Shown here piece after piece: positions 12,252 to 25,589 of a stretch of 64,000 nucleotides of DNA. The stretch spans positions 75,020,001 to 75,084,000 of the forward strand of contig NC_086099.1 in the NCBI RefSeq assembly GCF_963921235.1, read 5' to 3'. Within the stretch, counting starts at the first letter, position 1; each line of letters begins with the position of its first letter. The notes under the pieces are model-generated. The model made no database searches, was not told the origin of the DNA, and was given only the letters and a program-made list of their open reading frames with translations. A program made the position numbers and the translations under genes. This DNA comes from Mobula hypostoma (lineage: Eukaryota).

Positions 12252-13865
12252 ATAGAACATTACAGCACAGTACAGTCCATTCTGCCCATGATGTTGTGCT
12301 GACCCTTTAACCTAATACAAGATCAATCTGATGCTTTCCTTCCACATAGATCTCCAATTTTCTTTTATCCATGTGCCTATTTAAAAGTCTCTTACTTGTC
12401 CCTAATGTATCTTCCTCAACCACCACCCCAGTCAGTGTATTCTATGCACTTAACACACTCCGTGTAAAAAAAAACCTCCCACATCCCCCTGTACTTTCCT
12501 TTGATCATCTAAAATTATACCTCCTCGTAATAGTCTATGCTACGCTGGTGAAAAGGCACTATCTATCCACTCTACCTATGCTTCATATCATCTTATACAT
12601 CTCTATCAAGATACCTCACTTCCTTCCTTTGGTCCAAATAGAAGAGCCATAGCTCACCCAACTGGTCCTCAAAAAAATATGCTCTCTAATCTCAGCAACT
12701 TCTTGGTAAATCATCTCTGCCTCCTTTCTAAAACATCCACATCATTCCTATAATGAGGTGACTGGAACTGAACACAAAACTCCAAGTGTAGTCTAATCAG
12801 GATTTTATACAGCTATAATTTTGCCTCATTGTTCCTGAAATCATTCTTTGGGTCTATGGTTGTGGATCGCACGATCCCACCGATCCTCCACATTGTCCAC
12901 AGATCCCTGAAAGTTGCCTCATAGTTAGATAGGGTAGTTAAGAAAGCTTATGGAGTGTTAGCTTTTGTACGTCAGGGGATAGAGTTTAAAAGTCGTGGGG
13001 TAATGATGCAGCTCTATAAAACTCTGGTTAGGCCACACTTGGAGTACTGTGTCCAGTTCTGGTCACCTCACTATAGGAAGGACGTGGAAACATTGGAAAG
13101 GGTACAGAGATTTACCAGGATGCTGCCTGGTTTAGAGAGCATGCATTATGATCAGAGATTAAGGGAGCTAGGGCTTTACTCTCTGGAGAGAATGAGGATG
13201 AGAGGAGACATGATAGAGGTATACGAAACATTAAGAGGAATAGATAGAGTGGATAACCTGCACCTCTTCCCCAGGGCACCACTGCTCAATACAAGAGGAC
13301 ATGGCTTTAAGGTAAGGGGTGGGAAGTTCAAGGGGGATATTAGAGGAAGGGTTTTTTTACTCAGAGAGTGGTTGGTGCGTGGAATGCACTGCCTGAGTCA
13401 ATGGTGGAGGCAGATACACTAGTGAAATTTAAGAGACTACTAGACATGTATATGGAGGAATTTAAGGTGGGGGGTTATATGAGAGGCAGAGTTTAAGGGT
13501 CGGCACAACATGGTGGGCCGAAGGGCCTGTATTGTTCTGTACTGTTCTATTTTCCATGTTCTATAACTTTCTACACTATCCACAATGCCACCAACCTCCT
13601 GAAGTCTTATAAACCCATCCTTCCATGTCATCTGAATTGATCTATAAAATTCACAAAGAGCAGGGGTTCCCAAAAAAGATCCCCGTGGAACACCACCAGT
13701 CACAGACCTTCAGCAGAATATCAATGATCTACTACTACAGTCTGCCTTCTGTGAGAAATCCAGTTCTGAATCCACTCAGCCAGGTTTCCCTGGACCCCAT
13801 GTCTGTTGACATTCTGAAACTTCCTACCATGGGGAAACATGTCAAACACCTTACTAAAATCCAGG
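12252..13865 (-). mobile_element. Old CR1 3' fragment (12252-12850 plus 13564-13865), interrupted by a younger CR1
   Basis: Reverse-complemented CR1 tail at 12252; CVQFQSP- and GVPRGS-like remnants on the minus strand. Confidence 0.75.
12893..13563 (+). mobile_element. 5'-truncated CR1, same subfamily as 45971-48254
   Basis: ORF 12955-13422 reads LYKTLVRPHLEYCVQFWSP...RMRGDMIEVY; near-identical to 47585-48254; TTCTAT tail. Confidence 0.92.
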
Positions 13866-16800
13866 AGCCAGGAATACTTGTCTACTTAGTTCTTCTTATA
13901 GTGAAGAGCTCACCTCTGACATAGTGACGTAATGACATATGCCATTCATGTACTTCATACATATAACCCATAATTAATTATGCAAACAAATGAAGAATGC
14001 TGAATCAAACAGTATACTTACAATACTACTCAAATATTTCTGAAATATTGAACACAGATACACTCCTCTCAACTCATGTAACATACAGCTCTCTAGTCAT
14101 CTTACACAGTATACAATGTAATATAACAACTACATACACATCCACAGTATAGTAAATTTTACCTTGCCCCACTCAAGTCTAAATATATAATTGCTGTGGA
14201 TGATACCTTACACTTGTGGGATTTCATCTATCTTTCCTGATGGGGAGTGGGGTGAGATGTCACTCTGCTTGGCAGGAGAGACTTGTAGCTGTGAAAAGAA
14301 CCTTAGGGTCTGGTGCCACCTCCATGGTGTCTGAAGCAGCTGACTCTGGGACTGTGGGATGTGGTTCTGACATCACTGGACACCTTTCTTCTCAAACAAT
14401 TGACTCTGATTTCCTCAACTGATCAATGTATTGTCTCCAGGTGAGTTCAGACATAATCTCCACTGTGTAGGAGAGTGATCCAGTTCTGCCCTTAATCTTT
14501 CTAAGTATAGTACCCACTTTTGATCACCTCTGTAATTCCCTGCCTGGACTGCGTGTCCAGGAAGACAAACCTTTCTGGCAAGCCGTTTGTAGCTGGTGGT
14601 ATAGTGCAGGTGTAATATGCCTTATTTCATTAATTTTCAGGAATGATTGAAACTGTTTCACCACCAACTGTGGTCCTTTGTCACTGACCAAGTGTTCTGG
14701 AATACCAGTCTTTCAGAAGAGACTTCTCAACATATCAACAGTGCGAAAGACTGTAGTCCAGGCTATTAGGAGCACTTCTGACCAATTTGTAGCTGCATCC
14801 ACTACTAACAAGAAACTTGTACCCATGAATAGTCTGGCAAAATCTACATAAATCCTCCACCAGGGCAATGCAGAGCATTCCTTCGGATGGAAAGGTGCTG
14901 CTCTTAGCATCTTCTGGACATGTTGGCAACTTAAAGAGCGCATGGCAAGCTACTCAATCTATTGATCTAACCCAAGCCACCAGACAAAGCTTTGAGCCAA
15001 TGCTTGCCTTTTGACCATGCCTAGTTTACTAACATGTGGCTAACAAGTTCCTCCAAAACTTTAGCTCTTAGCTCGGACTGTACAACAACTCTCAATCCCC
15101 ACATAAGGCAAATCCCATCAAGAGCAAGTTCATCTTGGCACCGGTAAAAATGGGAAACTGGAATTTCTGCTGCATACCAGCCATTCTGGGTTGCCATATG
15201 TACCTGAATCATTGTGGGATCTTTTCTGGTTTCCTTTTGGATCACTTCTGTTGTAATAGAGAGACATTTGATTTACATTGGAGAGAATATGTGAAAAGGA
15301 GAGTAAATTTTTGAGATATTTCCTTTTCCAAGAGTAAATGGGACAATCCATCAGCATTTCCATGATTAGTTGTCCTCTTCAATTTGATCCTGTAATTGTG
15401 TCCTTGAAGAAACAAAGCCCATCTCTGCATTTGTGCTGCTGCTGTTAGTGGAGCACACTTCTGTGGACACCAGTGGCTCATAATCCGTAATGATGATAAT
15501 GAAGATAAACTGTCTCCCATACAGGTACTGGTAGAAATGCTTCACACCCCAAATCGGACTCAAGGACTCTCTGTCAATCTGTGTGCAATCTTTATTTGCA
15601 GTGGTAAGGAAATGTGATGCAAAGGCTATGGGACATCCACTTCCATCACTCATAACATGTGACATGATAGCACCTATAGAATAAGGCTTGGCATCACAAG
15701 CAAGCTTTACTGAAAGATATGGGTCATTTCCTTTGCCTTTTCGAAAGCCACCTCACACTGTTTTGTCCAGTCCTGATTTGTAGCAACGAGTATACGGCAT
15801 GGAGCACAGCAGCCAGGTTTGGCAGGAACCTGTTACAGTTATTCACAAATCCTTAAAAGGCCCACAAATGTGACATTTCCTTTGACCTTAGGGCATTCTC
15901 CAGTACCTGAATTTTCTCAGCACACTTGTATAATCCTTGTGTGGTCAATGTTGTGAGAATAGGAAGTGATGCTTTGTTTAAAGAATTCACACTTATCACC
16001 TAGTGTTCTAAACCTATAATCTTCTAATCTTTTTAACACTGTCCTGAGATTTTGGGGATGATCCTTGTCATCCTTACTGGTAACAATGAAGAAATCCAGG
16101 TGACACTAAGCGGCTGTAGCCTTGCAGCACCTAGTCCACAGCTTTCTGGTCCACAGAGTACAGGTGAAGGTGCGTCTCCAAAAATAAGCCTATTACAGCA
16201 ATAGAGCCCTTTGTTACTGTTTATGGTGAGAAATACTTTGGACTTTTCTTTCATCTCCATTTGTAGGTGGGCCTCAGCTAACTCTACTTTGCTGAAGTAT
16301 TTCTCTCCAGAAAGGTTTGCAAATATATCCTCTGATCCTGGCAGGAGGAGGGTATTGATCTACTTTCAGTACTGGCTTGATTGCCACCTACAATCACCAC
16401 AGATAGTGGCAGACCAAATCGTCTTGGCTGCTGGGAACACCGGCATTGTTCATTGGCTCCACTCAACCTTGGAAAGTATTCCTACAGCCTCCATGTGATC
16501 TAACTCACTGGCTATTTTATCACAGATGGTATAAGAAACCAGACAGGCTTTGTAATACTTGGCTGTGGCATTTTCATTTAACACTATTTTACCGTTGGTA
16601 TGTTTGAGTTTTACAATACCATCCTTAACTTAACCACTACTGTGACATCATCCAGTATCTTTCTTAATTTGCTATCAATGGCAACCAGTCTTGTGTCACT
16701 CGTATCATTACAGTTTTTCACCAATAGCACACAGATTAGTGCTGTTTTCGAAACTGCAACTTGAATTTTTATCTTTTTCCTCTTCCCTGTGCAGTCCATT

Positions 16801-17509
16801 TACTTTTGTCATCCTCGCAAGCTCTTTGCAAATGTGCTACTTTATTGCATTTTCTTCAAGTTTCATCATTAATCCTGCATTGGTGTGGCGTATGTGAGCC
16901 CTGTCACGACAGTAACACAATTTGTTCAGCTCGGCACATTTCTGTTCGGATGCTACAATTTTGTTCATGCTCACTTTAATTTCTGACTGCAACTCAATAA
17001 GATCTTCAGCTACTGCTTCCATTCACACTGTGGTTTCAGCTGTTTATTTAAATGTGAGCTGTGTTTCATTTAGGAGCAATTTTTGAATGTGTTCTTGTAT
17101 TTCGCACAATTTAAACAATCTCTCAGTGCATCACTAAGCCCAACACTGAACTGTCAATTCTCAGATCATTTTTTCAATTCAGCCATATACTGTAAGCTGA
17201 AATGGACTCCCCTTCCTTTTGATTCCAAATGTGAATCGTAAAGCGTTCTGCAATCAACAACGGTTTTGCTTCTAAATGTTCATGCTTTACGTTCACGATA
17301 TCAGGATGCTCATTTTATCTGGTTTGGATGGAGCTGTTAAACAACTTAGCAAACTCTATGTTTTTCTTCCTATAGTACTCAGCAACACAGACACTTATTT
17401 TTCATCAGCTTTTTCATTTATTTCAAATATTGCTCAATTTTCTCAATGCCCATCATCCAGTTATCTGTTGTACCATTGAATGCACCTATCTTTTTGATGT
17501 AGCCAGCTA

Positions 17510-17543
17510 TTTATTATTATTATTACTATTATTATTATTATTA
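17510..17543 (+). repeat. (TTA)n microsatellite
   Basis: About 11 TTA units. Confidence 0.9.
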
Positions 17544-17713
17544 CCCAGTACTCACTGTTCATTAACCCATGGCCATACTCATTGCTTGTTAATTTTGTCC
17601 ATTTTCCAAACTTGAACATCTCTTTCCGCTTCCAAAAGAGAAATGCTGTGCTTATTTTTTAAAACTTGAGTATCTCTCTCCCTTTCCATAGAAAAACATG
17701 CTGTGCTTCAACA

Positions 17714-17912
17714 ACAGGAATTCTGCAGATGCTGGAAATTCAAGCAACATACATCAAAGTTGCTGGTGTACGCAGCAGGCCAAGCAGCATCTATAGGAAG
17801 AGGCGCAGTCGACGTTTCAGGCCGAGACCCTTCGGTCTCGGCCTGAAACGTCGACTGCGCCTCTTCCTATAGATGCTGCTTGGCCTGCTGCGTTCACCAG
17901 CAACTTTGATGT
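17714..17912. mobile_element. Short fold-back Penelope-like insertion (near-perfect ~79-bp-arm hairpin) with a 13-bp TSD
   Basis: Arms 17751-17829 and 17834-17912. TSD CTGTGCTTCAACA at 17701-17713 and 17913-17925. Sequence matches the termini of 56078-58194. Confidence 0.9.
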
Positions 17913-18100
17913 CTGTGCTTCAACAGATAGGTAGTCGCCTCAGGTTCATTTTAAAACTTCCTTATCACCAGTTTTATGTTTTCTAACTCCAGAAACTAAT
18001 TGAAAGAAAAACACAGGAATTCTTCCTTACTTAGTTTTTCTTTCAGTGAGATGCTCATATATAAAGTGGTGGCATAATAACATATATCATTATGTACTTT

Positions 18101-18640
18101 GTACATCTTCTCCGTGGATTGTCACCTTGTCATGGTGGAGAAGCTTGTATGGTCCTGTGTTCCCATGAGCGATGCCATCTGGAGCTATGCTCCTGGTAGG
18201 GTCACTCAAAGTGGTAAGGTCGAGGGTGAGGTCCCTGGCAAAGAACAATCCAACCAAGACCTCAATGGTGGAACAGGTGGACGAAGTTACTTCAAAATCA
18301 ACGGCTGTGAAGGCGGATGAAGGCTGCAATAAATCCATCGAGTTCCAATACGCAGATGATAACAGTGTTGCAGCTCTTTCAGAAAACCACCTACAACAGA
18401 TTCTGACTGCCTTCAACCGTGCATACACAAAACTTGGGCATACCATCAATTCCAAGAAGACTCAGATCATCTATCGACCATCACCAACTGAGACAAATCA
18501 GATAGAACCATCAATTCAACTTGGCGAAACAACCCTGGAAAACATGGACCACTTTCCGTACCTTGGAAGTCACCTCTCCTCCAATGTCGACCTTAATGAC
18601 GAGATCCAACATCGTCTTAAATGCGCTGGAACTTCATTGA
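18101..18640 (+). mobile_element. RTE-clade LINE derivative: 5' UTR fused to the RT YADD region
   Basis: RTE-type 5' end (TCACCTTGTCATGGTGGAGAAGCTTG...GAGCTATGCTCCTGGTAGGGTCAC) followed by EFQYADDNSV...INSKKTQI...FPYLGSHLS. Confidence 0.8.
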
Positions 18641-19314
18641 CAGGTTTCTGTGAGGAATGATAGATAACAAGTTAAGTCAAAGCTGCTGAATTTGCAAAAC
18701 CCGACATTTGAATATGCTTGTAAAATTATAGTGTAAGTAATATCCAAGAATGCCGGAGAAATTTATTCAGCACAAGTGACTTGGTATAGCTGCAATCTGC
18801 AGTTGGAGAGCTGAAAAAAACATAAGTTTGCAATACCAAAACCTCCTGATAAAACCAGTTTGATCCAGTTGCTATTGTTACAATGACCATCAGTGTCACT
18901 AGTTTTGAGCAGTGAAGAGTTTCAGTTGCCAAAAGAAGGTATATTTTCAGAGAGTGTAGATTTAAGGCAATTCAAAACTACATCAAAACAGGATACTTCT
19001 TTCATACATGAAAAGCTGGAGTTGTACAGTATCAATGTCACAAATAATAAAGGTTATAAACAGACTTTCAAAAAAGGTGCTGATAAACAATCAGTGCAAT
19101 AATATAAGGACTGATCCTGTTGCTGAACACTTGATAATGAGTCAAGACAATATAACAATGAGTACAGCAAAAAAAACACTGCTCTGGTGAGGTTTGTCAG
19201 ACAAAAGGACAAATGGTGCACCAGGGAGTGAAAATCTCATCTGTTTAAAAACCTTTTGTGTGCCACCTTACTGAAGGATAAAAACAATGCTTCCTCTTGT
19301 CTATGTCACTGTCT

Positions 19315-19530
19315 CAATAAAACAGCCAACGTAATAAAAGACCCACTCTGGACATTTACTCTTCTGCCACCTCATATCAGGGAAAAAATACAAAACCCTG
19401 AAGGCATGTACCACCAGGTTCAAGGACAGCTTTAAAAATTATTGAACGGATCTCTTGTACGATAAAGTGGGGTCCTGATGTCACAGTCTACCTCATCATG
19501 GCCGTACAGAGTATTGTTTGCCTGCACAGA
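19315..19530 (+). mobile_element. Rex1/Babar 3' fragment
   Basis: KDP...SGKKYKTLKACTTRFKDSF-like C-terminus. Confidence 0.65.
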
Positions 19531-20773
19531 GTTTCTGGGAATAATTTGGAAGATGCTGTATCAGTTCATCTCAAAGAAGAAGAAGTTTTCTAAAAGGAAG
19601 ATGAGGCAGCCCAGGTTAGCGAGGGTAGTGAAAAGGGAAGACACACATGTAGTCAAAGGCAGTATTGATACAAAATGGCAGGGCACACAAAAGAGCATAA
19701 ATTAGCAGGAAGCTGGAGGATTGGGAAGCTAATGAAAACCAACAGAAGGTAACTAAAAAACAACAAAGAGGGTAAAGATAAAAATGAAGGTAAACTGCCA
19801 ATAATGTAAAGGAGGATACCTGAAGTTTTTTCAGATATAAAACTTCAGAGTGAAAAAAGAGGCAAGAGTGGACATCAGACCACTGGAAAATGAGAGCGGT
19901 AGTAATGGGTATAAGGAAATGAAAACCAAATGATAAATATATTTTGCATCAGTCTTCACAGCAGAATACACTAACAGCATGCTAGAAATTCAAGCGTGTA
20001 GGGGGCAGAAGTTAGTATGGTTGTTATTACTAAAGAGAAGGTGCTTGGCAAGCTGATAGATCTGAAGGTACAGTAAATAAGTCATCTGGACCAGATAAAC
20101 TATATCACAAGGTCTGAAAGATATAGCTGAAGAGATTGTGGAAACATTGGTGTGGATCTTTCAAGAATCATTAGATTCTGGAATGGCTCTGGAAGACTAG
20201 AAAATCACACATACCTTTTTTCTTGTTCCCCTCTTTTAAGAAGGGAGGGAGCCGCAAGACAGGAAATTAATGGCCAGTTAGGTAAGATGTTAGGGTCCAT
20301 CATTAAGGATGAGACCTCGGGGTATTTGAGATCACACAATAAAATAGGCTGAAGTCAGCATGGATTCCTTAAGAGGAAATCTTGCCTGATAAATCTGTTG
20401 GAATTCTTTGAAGAAATAGCAGGCAGGATAGACAAAAGAGAGTCAGTAGATGTTGTTTACTTGGAATTTCAGAAGACCTTTGTCAGATTCCATACACGAG
20501 GATGCTAAACAAGATAAGAGCCTATGGTATTACAGGAAAAAAATGGATAAGGAAGTGGCAGATGAAATACAGCATAGGAAAGTGTATGGTCATGCACTTT
20601 GACAGAAGGAATAAAGGTGCAGACTATGTTCTAAATGGAGAAAAAAATCAGAAAGCACAGTGCAAAGGAACTAGGGAGTCCTAGTACAGGATTCCCTGCA
20701 GGCTAATCAGCAGGTTGAGTTGGTAGTAAGGAAGGCAAATGCAATGTTAGCGTTTGTTTCACGAGAACTAGAA

Positions 20774-20853
20774 CAGGGGTTCCTAACATGGGGCCCATGG
20801 ACCCCTTGGTTAACAGTAGGAGCCCATAGTATAAAAAACGCTGAGAACTCCTG
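20774..20853. mobile_element. 80-bp hAT-type MITE inside CR1
   Basis: Imperfect TIRs CAGGGGTTCCTAAC and GCTGAGAACTCCTG; interrupts the CR1 LEYK motif. Confidence 0.65.
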
Positions 20854-21097
20854 GATATAAAATCAAGGATGTCATGCTGAGGCTTTGTAAGGCATTGTTC
20901 AGACCAAATTTTAAATATTGTGAGTGGTTTTGGGCCCCATATCTAAGAAAGGGTGTGCTGTTATCCAGAGAGCATTACAAATGATCCCAAAGGTTAGTGC
21001 ATGATGACGGCTCTAGGCTGTACTCTCTGGACTTTAGAAGAATTAGGGAGGATCTCATTCAAGCGAATACTGAAAGGCCTAGATAAAGTGGAAGTGA

Positions 21098-21175
21098 AGA
21101 GAAGTACACACAAAATGAGTTCCTCCTGCATTTTTGTGTGCATTGCTTTGATTTCCTACAGATTTTCTCTTGTTT
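21098..21175. mobile_element. Short Penelope-terminus insertion with a 10-bp TSD
   Basis: GTGGAAGTGA at 21088-21097 and 21176-21185; insert resembles the Penelope-like 3' terminus. Confidence 0.7.
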
Positions 21176-21724
21176 GTGGAAGTGAGGATGATGTTTCCAA
21201 TAATGGGAGAGTCCATGACCAGAGAGCACAGCCTCAGAATGGAAGTATGCCCCCTCAGAACAGAGATGAGAAGGATTTTTTTTTTAGCCAGCAGTGGTGA
21301 ATCTGGGAAATCCATTGCTACAGGCGGCTGTGGAAGCCAAATCAATGTATAGTTTTAAAGTGGAGGTTGATATGTTCTTCATAGCAATGATGTCAAAGGT
21401 TATGTGGAGATGGTAGAGGAATGAGGTAGAGAGGGAAAATAAATCAGTCATAATTGAATGGCGGAGCAGACTCAATGGGTTCGATGAACTAAATTATCAT
21501 GAAATTGTGTTTGAGGTAGCGCAGAAGTGGCCTTCAGGAACTGAAATATTGAATTTAGGTGAGTGTGCCAAGGAAAAATAGCCCTCTTCGAGGAAAAATT
21601 TAGAACCTCACTGTCCAAAATTTGATTTCACAGCAAAACCTTTAAAGACATAATAATGATTCTGAAAGTTTATTGCAAAATTAAACCTATAATTGTTGTT
21701 CTTTAATTGTTTAGAGCCATATCT

Positions 21725-22120
21725 TCATAGTCAGAGAGCACTACAGCACAGAAGCAGGCCTTTCAGTCCATCTACTCTGTGCCGGCCTCACCATCTGACT
21801 ACCCCATTTATCTGCACCTGGACCATATCCTTCCATATCTCTCTCATCCATGTATCTATTCAAACTTCTCTTAAATGTTACAATTAAACCCACATCTATC
21901 ACATTAACAGGCAATTTATTCCGCACTCATGCCACTCTCTAACTGAAGTAGTCCCCCTTTAGTTTGCCTTAAAATTTTACCTTGTACTCCAAAGCTACAA
22001 CCTCCAATTTGAGCCTCACCTAAACTGAGGGGAAAAAGCCTGCATACATTCAGCAAATCAATCTCTTTCATAATTTTGTGTAATTTTTTTTATTTCACCT
22101 CATTCTCCTGTGCTCCAGGG
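21725..22120 (-). mobile_element. CR1 3' fragment
   Basis: FKRSLNRYMD...GYGP and 3' UTR on the minus strand. Confidence 0.75.
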
Positions 22121-22935
22121 ATAGATAATCACATTGATATTATGTGTCAATTCGTATTGTAAGTTTAATAAGGGTTAAAACAAAACTAACCTTCTTTTAA
22201 GAAAGGGGAGCACTGCAATTTTGCTTTAAGAATGGACAAGCTGCTCTTGATGCAAATGTCATTTCACTGGGTTATTATTTGGCAATAAAGGTTGCAGATT
22301 TACATTGTACATACCATTTGGCAGGGCCAAATCAATGTTACTGAACTCCGAACAGAGTTCATCAATCATTACTCTGGGTGAAATCTTCACCATGCAGGTT
22401 TCATTGACGTGTGCAGTAGGTCATGAGTCCAGCCCTCTGACTGCTGAGATTAATAGTTAACATGTTAATCTTAATGGCACACAATCAGAGAACTTGCAAT
22501 GTTTGGTGCTTTCTTTATTATTTAACAATGCTGGGAAATGTGAGCATAAAAGTTTACTTATGAACACAGATTAATGTTTTGCAATCTACATTAAACATAA
22601 TGCATTGAATGCTGTTGCACAACGTATGTTATTTTGATCATATCCTGATGCCTCAAGTCTAGTCAAATACTTCATAATGAGGATTGATAATGATTTTGTT
22701 TCAAGAATTTTTTCAATATAGTCTCCTGTTTCGTTGATAATCTGTTCAATCATTGCTGGGAGTGGACAGTCCTCATTATTAACTTGACCATGCTAAATAT
22801 ACAGTATGCAGTGTAAGCTATGACTGAATTTACAGATTTAACAACTATGAAAAACATTACTGTACGATTAATCTTACAAGCAAAGAGAAGACAACGTAGG
22901 TGATGGTGCCAGTCAGAGAGCAACAGGTAAGCAGA

Positions 22936-23148
22936 TGGTACAGTAGTGTAGCAGTTGTCATAACGTTATTAAAGCTTCAGCAACTCGGTCGCTGTCTGTA
23001 GCATAGCAGTCAACATAATGCTATTTCAGTACATCTACAGACAGCAAAGCTCAATTCCATCAATGTCTGTAAGGAGTTTGTACATTCTTCCCGTGACCAC
23101 ATGAGTCTTCTGCATGTGCTCCAGTATCTTTTCACATTTTAAAGATGA
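22936..23148 (+). mobile_element. tRNA-derived V-SINE (HE1-like) remnant
   Basis: tRNA-like head TGGTACAGTAGTGTAGCAGTT and V-domain-like GGAGTTTGTACATTCTTCCCGTGACCACATGAGT...GTGCTCCAGT. Confidence 0.6.
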
Positions 23149-23149
23149 G

Positions 23150-23567
23150 AGATCTAGCTGAGGATTGGAAAGACCCAAGTGCTGGAGTATCTGAGACTAG
23201 AATTAAGACACAAGTTCGAGATCGAGATGAGAACAGGGTTCTTGACTAGACACGAGATGGGAATCTGATGAGACTAGATGAGAATCCAAATGAGACAGAA
23301 ATCCTAAACTCAATCACAGATTGAACCAAAGTTGAGATGACGATTAAGCACTAAATCTGCGTTCAAGTGTTCTTTAAATATCCAGACCTCGGTGCCAAAT
23401 CACGCCCGCCAATTAGCGTAGTGGGCCAGAATTTTAAAGGAACTGCGCAAACTATCCATACTCTGGAGAATTGGATCATCCACACCCCAGAGGGGGGGAG
23501 CAGTCGGGTGCGTACTGTAACATAGTTGGTTAGTAGGACTTACTGCCAGTATAAAAAGCCCTGTCAC
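23150..23567 (-). repeat. Probable solo or partial LTR
   Basis: Minus strand begins TGTGACA, has a TATTTAAAG box and a loosely repetitive CTCATCTAGTCTC tract; no partner LTR found. Confidence 0.35.
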
Positions 23568-25179
23568 ATCTGTTGTTGTACGTGAATAACTAACAGTTAT
23601 TTCAAGCAGCAGATACTGCTGCAACAAACACCATCACAACAATGCCCCTCCGCACTCACAGAGTTAGACTGAGCTAGAGATTCTGTTTGTTTCCAGGGTT
23701 TCACTCAGGCTGTGCCCTCCCCACTCTGACCTACTATCAACTGACAACTATCGCCTTCAAAGACCTGGTTGACTTCCTCCACCACCCCCACACGCACTCC
23801 TCCCTGATTACCACCCCTGCAAACCTTTTTGTGTTCTTTACTGAACTGGCCTCGACTGACAGCTCAGTGATTCCCTTTCGCAGCCCCAAACACTGTAAAT
23901 AAAAGATTTCTTCCCTTGTAAGTTATGCAAGTAGTGCAATGAAACTAATTACATTGAAACAATACACCACATTTTGTTTATTCTTTGTTTGTTATATTAG
24001 ATCTGTCACATCATTATCATCCCACTCATTATATCTGCACTTAAGGAGGGAGAAATTTGGGTCAGCTCCCATGATGACTTAGAATCCTATATCTGGTTTT
24101 CATCTATTTATGTGGTAAAACAGGAAAGCAGCACATTACTAAAGCAAAACCCTGTTTGAAGTGGTCAGACCATTAACTGCAACAGAGCCAGAATCTCTTA
24201 TTGCCTGCCTATCATCTACCTTTGGAGAGAAGCTGATGCCCTTTGGAGGCTCACTGTTCTTGTTTCGGAGAAATTAATCTCCAGTTTAGAGCCAGCATGA
24301 AAGTAATTCTTATTGCCTCAGTAAGTGAGTAAGTTATGGAAGTCAGAAGAAAGCATCAAGACACCTGGTTTCCTTTCCTTTTAATTTTCAGCTGTGGGAT
24401 TTTTTTTTAGGTCTGTGATAACACAACTTCTACAGTTTTCTAGCATACACCCCATCGCCTTGGAGCCTGCCACCGTCTCCTCTCATTTCTCAGTAATCCA
24501 GCTACACTGAAAACTCTCAGCAAACTCCTAATTGCTGGTTTCCAGCTTCACCAGATGAAGCTGTTCAGAGCAAGATTAGAAGGATTTTAAATCTATGGTT
24601 GTTTACCCAAGTACCTCCTTGTTTATGTGGAGTTAAAGTAGATGGGATTATCGAGCCTGTCTTTGATGCAAAGGGCAGGAGATTTCTCTTTGCCAGAGAT
24701 GTAGTAAGAACCTAATGAGCAGATGAAGGACCAGTGAGCTAATAATTGAGAGTTCAATAGCTTGGAGAGCAACAATCAGCTCTGCTGGTCCAGCTACCTT
24801 GTGATATGAACAGAAAGGCAATTGCAGCAGCTAGAACAGGAACTGTTTTTATTCAGATGAACTGTCTCAAGGTGCTATATATGTTTTGAGAATGTAACTC
24901 AAGTTAAAGGTTAGGGGTGCTAATATTGTATTATAATAAATTAAAGATGTATTGTAGATAGGGATATGATAACCTGCACTAATACAAAGTCCTGAGAGCA
25001 GCACACAAACCAAGTACATGTCTTTTTCCAGAAGCTCTGGATATTGCATGAAATGATATTAAAATAGGTGGATTGATTTTTTTGAGATGAGATATTTGAT
25101 GAGGGTAGAGCAAGGTACCATACTGCTTAGTAATACTCTTTACCTGTGCTGCGCATTATGGAGATGAGTAGGAATTATG

Positions 25180-25425
25180 GAGAGGAGGAGGAATTTCTTT
25201 AGCCAGAGAGTGGTGAATTCGTGGAATTTGTTACCACAAGCAGCTGTGAAAGCCAAATCATTGGATATATTTAAGGCAGAGGTTGATAGATTTTTAATTA
25301 ACCAAGGCATGAAGAGTTACAGGGACTGAGGCTGAAAGAGAAATGGATTATCCATGATAAAATGGCGGAGCAAACTCAATGGGCCAAATGGCCTAATTCT
25401 GCTCCTATATCTTTTGGTCTTATTA
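25180..25425 (+). mobile_element. CR1 3' end fragment
   Basis: RRNFFSQRVVNSWNLLP and 3' UTR. Confidence 0.85.
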
Positions 25426-25589
25426 CATACACTTTGAATTACATTTTATTGATTTGTTTGTGGTAATATTTTGTTTTATATGCTGCGTGTGATGTTTGTT
25501 TTGTGGGGACACCATGGTCCTGAGGTACGTCGTTTCATTGGTTGTGTATATTTGCAGTCAGGTGACAACACACTTCAACTTGAACTGAG

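Larger units (their letters stand above)
13862..18100 (-). mobile_element. Degenerate full-span Gypsy LTR retrotransposon 'C' (gag-PR-RT-RH-INT)
   Basis: Partial LTRs at 13862-14061 and 17977-18100; PBS-like TGGTGATAAG at 17961-17970. RNase H PIAFASHFLT...WGVKHFYQYLYGRQF (15366-15665), integrase PWWRIYVDFARLFMG...LVVDA (14713-14943), RT FLTINSNKGLYC. Confidence 0.88.
19540..21490 (+). mobile_element. Degenerate CR1 ORF2 to 3' UTR, with internal deletions
   Basis: FASVFT, QHGFLKRKSCLINLLEFFEE, KWQMKYSIGKCMVMHF and a 3' UTR. Confidence 0.85.

Noticed and set aside
22936-23030. tRNA gene
   Set aside because: No cloverleaf; it is a degenerate SINE head
24411-24600. Polypyrimidine tract and AG followed by a possible exon
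   Set aside because: All frames close early; no recognisable homology
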